This document shows, one piece after another, positions 60,824 to 64,000 of a stretch of DNA of 64,000 nt. Both the position numbers and the translations under genes were made by a program. Numbering within the stretch: the first letter of the stretch is position 1; each line of letters begins with the position of its first letter. This DNA comes from Cycas panzhihuaensis. Its lineage: Eukaryota > Plantae > Cycadophyta. The stretch is from positions 44,027,741-44,091,740 of the forward strand of contig CM041465.1 of the NCBI GenBank assembly GCA_023213395.1, read 5' to 3'. The notes under the pieces were generated by a model that saw nothing but the letters and a program-made list of their open reading frames with translations, was not told where the DNA came from and ran no database searches.

Positions 60824-63187
60824 AAATATATCTTCTTAAATGGAGACATGGATGAAGAAGTATATACGAAACAACCTCCTGGGTATACAAAGGAAGGTGA
60901 AGAACATCTAGTATGCAAATAAAAAAAGATATTATATAGACTAAAACAAACACCTCAAGTATGATATACAAAATTAGATCATTATCTCAGACAAAATAGT
61001 ATTAATAAGTGTAAATTAGATCTAAGCTTGTATACAAAAATTTGAGAAAATAGTTTAATCACCATAATTGTTGTATATATAGATAATATGATTGGTACAT
61101 GTAGTGATCAAAAATCAATTGATTGGGTAAAAACTCAAATGGAAAATGAGTTTGAAATGACAGATATGGACCTCTTACATTATTATCTTAGTATTGATGT
61201 AAGTCAAAAAAATAATTTTATTTTTATATCTCAATCAAAATATATTAAGAATCTACTAAAAAGGTTCAATATGGAAGATTGCAATGCTTGTACCACACCA
61301 ATGGAAGTAAGATGTGTTCTAACGGCAGAAGAAAATAATCAAAAGATGAATGTCAAGATAGGCAACTTGTTGGAAGTCTTATCTATCTAATGATAACCAA
61401 ACCAAATATATCATATTCTATTGGAATAATTTCTAGATACATGCATGCTCCAAAGATTATCCATTGGAATGCATCTAAAAGAATTTTAAGATACATCAAA
61501 AACACTTTAAATCTGGGATTAAATTATACCAAAGCTATTGATTTCATATTGAAAGGATACAATGACTCTAATTGGGCTAAAGAGCAACAAGAAAGTTTAT
61601 ATCTAAATATTGCCTCACCCTAGGATCAACAATAATATCTTGGAGTAGTAAAAAAAAACCAACGGTTGCCTTCTCATCAATAAAAGTAGAATACAAAGCA
61701 ACAGTAAGTGCTACTTGTAAAACAATATGGTTAAAGTAGTTGCTTAAAGATTTAAGATAAGGAACCTCTAAATCAACTATAATATTTTGCGACAACCAGA
61801 GTGTTATCAATTTAACAAAAACCCTATCTTTTATACAAGAATAAAACACATCAAAGTTCGTCGTTATTTCGTTTGAGAGAAGATTCAAGTTAAAGAAATT
61901 GAGCTTCAATACTGCAATAATGAACTTTAACAGGTAGATATCTTTACTAAGTCATTACCAAAAGACAAGTTCCTGTATCTTAAAAGTTTACTAGAAGTCC
62001 AAAACAAAGTATAAAACATTGAGGAAGGGATATTTATTAAAGGTTTTTACCTTTGTTCCAAATTTTAGATATCATTGTTACAAATTTAAAGCAATGGAGA
62101 GTTTGGATTAAGAATGTTGAAATATTGATGTATTGGAAATGTGCATTATGGGAGGATGTTAGAATAATGTATATTTGACCAAGTAATATGCATTTGACCT
62201 TTTGACCAGATAATCTACAAATAGTGGGTCCCTTATAAATGCTACCTTGTACTATATAAGGACATCATCTCTTTATCATTTGTATATCATGTCATGTGAG
62301 ATCATTTTGTATTATTATCTTGTTCTGTCAATACAATGAAGGTATCATTTGATCCAAGTATTTTCTATGATGTTTGTGTTATATTATTTTATTATTTTGT
62401 TTAATATTATATTAGTATATAAGATTTCAACACTTGCTACTTGAAGCCTTTTATTATAAGTTGAACTTTGTATTTGTCTACAAATCTGACTAATTTGAAC
62501 TTTTTCCTATAGATCTATTTGCATCCAATTGCATGCTTGTCAGCAAGTAATTTAACCAAATCCCATGTGTAGTTCTTCTTGGCAGCTTGGATTTCAATCA
62601 CTATAGTGTCATTCCACTTCTACTCTTTGATTACTATTCCAATCATTGATGGTTCATCTGCATCTAATACACATGCCATAAGAGCCATGATCACCTATTT
62701 AGAATGTCATAATTTTGACTTTTACTTTCCCTTAGAATTAAGTAACAGTTTCTTAATGTCCTCCACAGGGTTCATATACCATTTTGGAAGCTTCTTCTTA
62801 AAGATGAAGGTAACGAATTAGATAACTTCTCTAGCTCCAGCTTTAGTTTTTTTTCAATATCTTCTCAGATTTAACTTTTGAAAACTGAAAAGATTCAAAT
62901 TCTACTTCTTCAACTATGTCAAACATCTCATATTCAGGTTGAACAATATCACATGAAGTACTGCATTCAAGCGGCGACTTTACTTAATCCTCAACCTCAA
63001 CTGAACCAGCATTTTGAATCTCACCTTCTCGAAAAATAACATCATGAGTTATATGAACTTTTTGAGTCAATAAATTGTATACTTTGCATAGTTTGTTTTC
63101 CTTAGAGTATCCAACAAGGATGTATTATGTGCTTTTATCTTCCAACTTTCATCGTTTCTCTTTTGGACTATGTATGTATGATTTACA

Positions 63188-63530
63188 TGTAAGTGAAGTG
63201 ATCTTTAATTGGATCTACTTCTACAAACACAAAAGAAAACTAAAATGAAAATTAAATAGACTAATTTTCTTCGAGCACCAAGGGCCAAATAGAATTAGGA
63301 GCCCAAAAATAAAACTTACAAAATGAGCTAGGGGTCTCCCTTATTATAGGTGCCAATTTGGTTGCCTATTAAAAAATCAACTTTAGTAATAATATTAATA
63401 ATAAAATACTAAATTCCTAATATAAAACCTGACTTTATATTAATTAAAAGCATCATTCCCTAATAATAATAATAATAAAACTAACTTCTAATAAAATACT
63501 AACTCTCCTTAATAGATTAGGACCACTACA
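63188..63530 (-). repeat. 3' LTR of a further element (probably Gypsy) inserted in the H integrase
   Basis: PPT TTTGAAGGAGGGATGGAT (63548-63531) then TGTAGTGG; H coding resumes below 63188. Confidence 0.7.
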
Positions 63531-63770
63531 ATCCATCCCTCCTTCAAAGAGTGCTTCACCTACGAAGTATTTATAATTTTATCATTTGAAAGTTTGAGAC
63601 ATATATGTCCTTGTGTATATATATTTGATCATCCACTTGTTAGGGCTTGAATATCATAGGCTTTAGATTCTCTATTATCTTGTTGTCTTAGAGCAAACCA
63701 AATATATCCTCTTCTCATTTCTGATATTGTTATATCTGGAACTACTTTTATCGGTGGCTTTTTTATTACT

Positions 63771-64000
63771 TGTTAAACCTTATGTTTAAATGTTAAGTGA
63801 ATGTACATTTATTTTTCATGTAATATATGCACTTTATACTTTAGGGGTGACTTATCACTTAAGTGATAAAGTGCACACCCACATTCTTTCTAGTGACACA
63901 ACGTTGTCACAAAAGGGTCAATGGACCCTCATGCACTTGTTTGAATATTCCAAGTGATGTATCTTGGATGTTTGACACTTATCAAACATCCAAGGCCTTA
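63771..64000 (+). repeat. Start of another LTR of the I/solo-LTR group
   Basis: TGTTAAACCTTATGTTTAAATGTTAAGT...TCACTTAAGTGATAAAGTGCACACCC. Confidence 0.9.

Larger units (their letters stand above)
40099..62432 (+). mobile_element. Copia J (gag largely deleted), host of Gypsy K
   Basis: LTRs 40099-40390 and 62157-62432, PBS TGGTATTAGAGC 40391-40402, PPT TTATGGGAGGA, decayed TSD TTTAC/CTTGC; coding at 41706-43971 and 60824-62010 (LRTDGGGEY, FLNGDMDEEVY). Confidence 0.9.
38345..63187 (-). mobile_element. Copia H, outermost host of the nest; coding at 38800-40098 and 62433-63187
   Basis: RNase H and RT ORFs 38829-39696; RT resumes at 62433; removing J plus 5 bp gives KGFK*QEGIDY; CKSYIHSPKEKR*KLEDKS near 63187. 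Confidence 0.88.

Overview
AT-rich, CpG-depleted plant heterochromatin, probably from a large genome such as a gymnosperm (inference). It consists almost entirely of old, nested LTR retrotransposons; I found no host gene, RNA gene or CRISPR array. Elements are lettered for reference. Left part: Copia A (-) in Copia B (+), followed by Gypsy C (+), which has an extra 3' ORF. Chromovirus-like Gypsy D (+) lies in or next to Gypsy E (-), which also has an extra 3' ORF and is split by full-length Copia F. Middle: degenerate LTR/leader DNA holding G, a young 2.46-kb gag-only element that carries the longest ORF in the window (337 aa). Right part: a five-level nest, Copia H > Copia J > Gypsy K > Copia I > Copia L, plus a solo LTR and two more LTRs at the window edge. 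The most unusual structure is Gypsy K (43972-60823). It is bounded by ~600-bp INVERTED arms (complete LTR + filler + integrase fragment) with both U3 ends facing outward, yet it sits in a target whose reading frame is restored by removing it plus 5 bp. Coordinates and identities were read by eye, so boundaries without a TSD are approximate.
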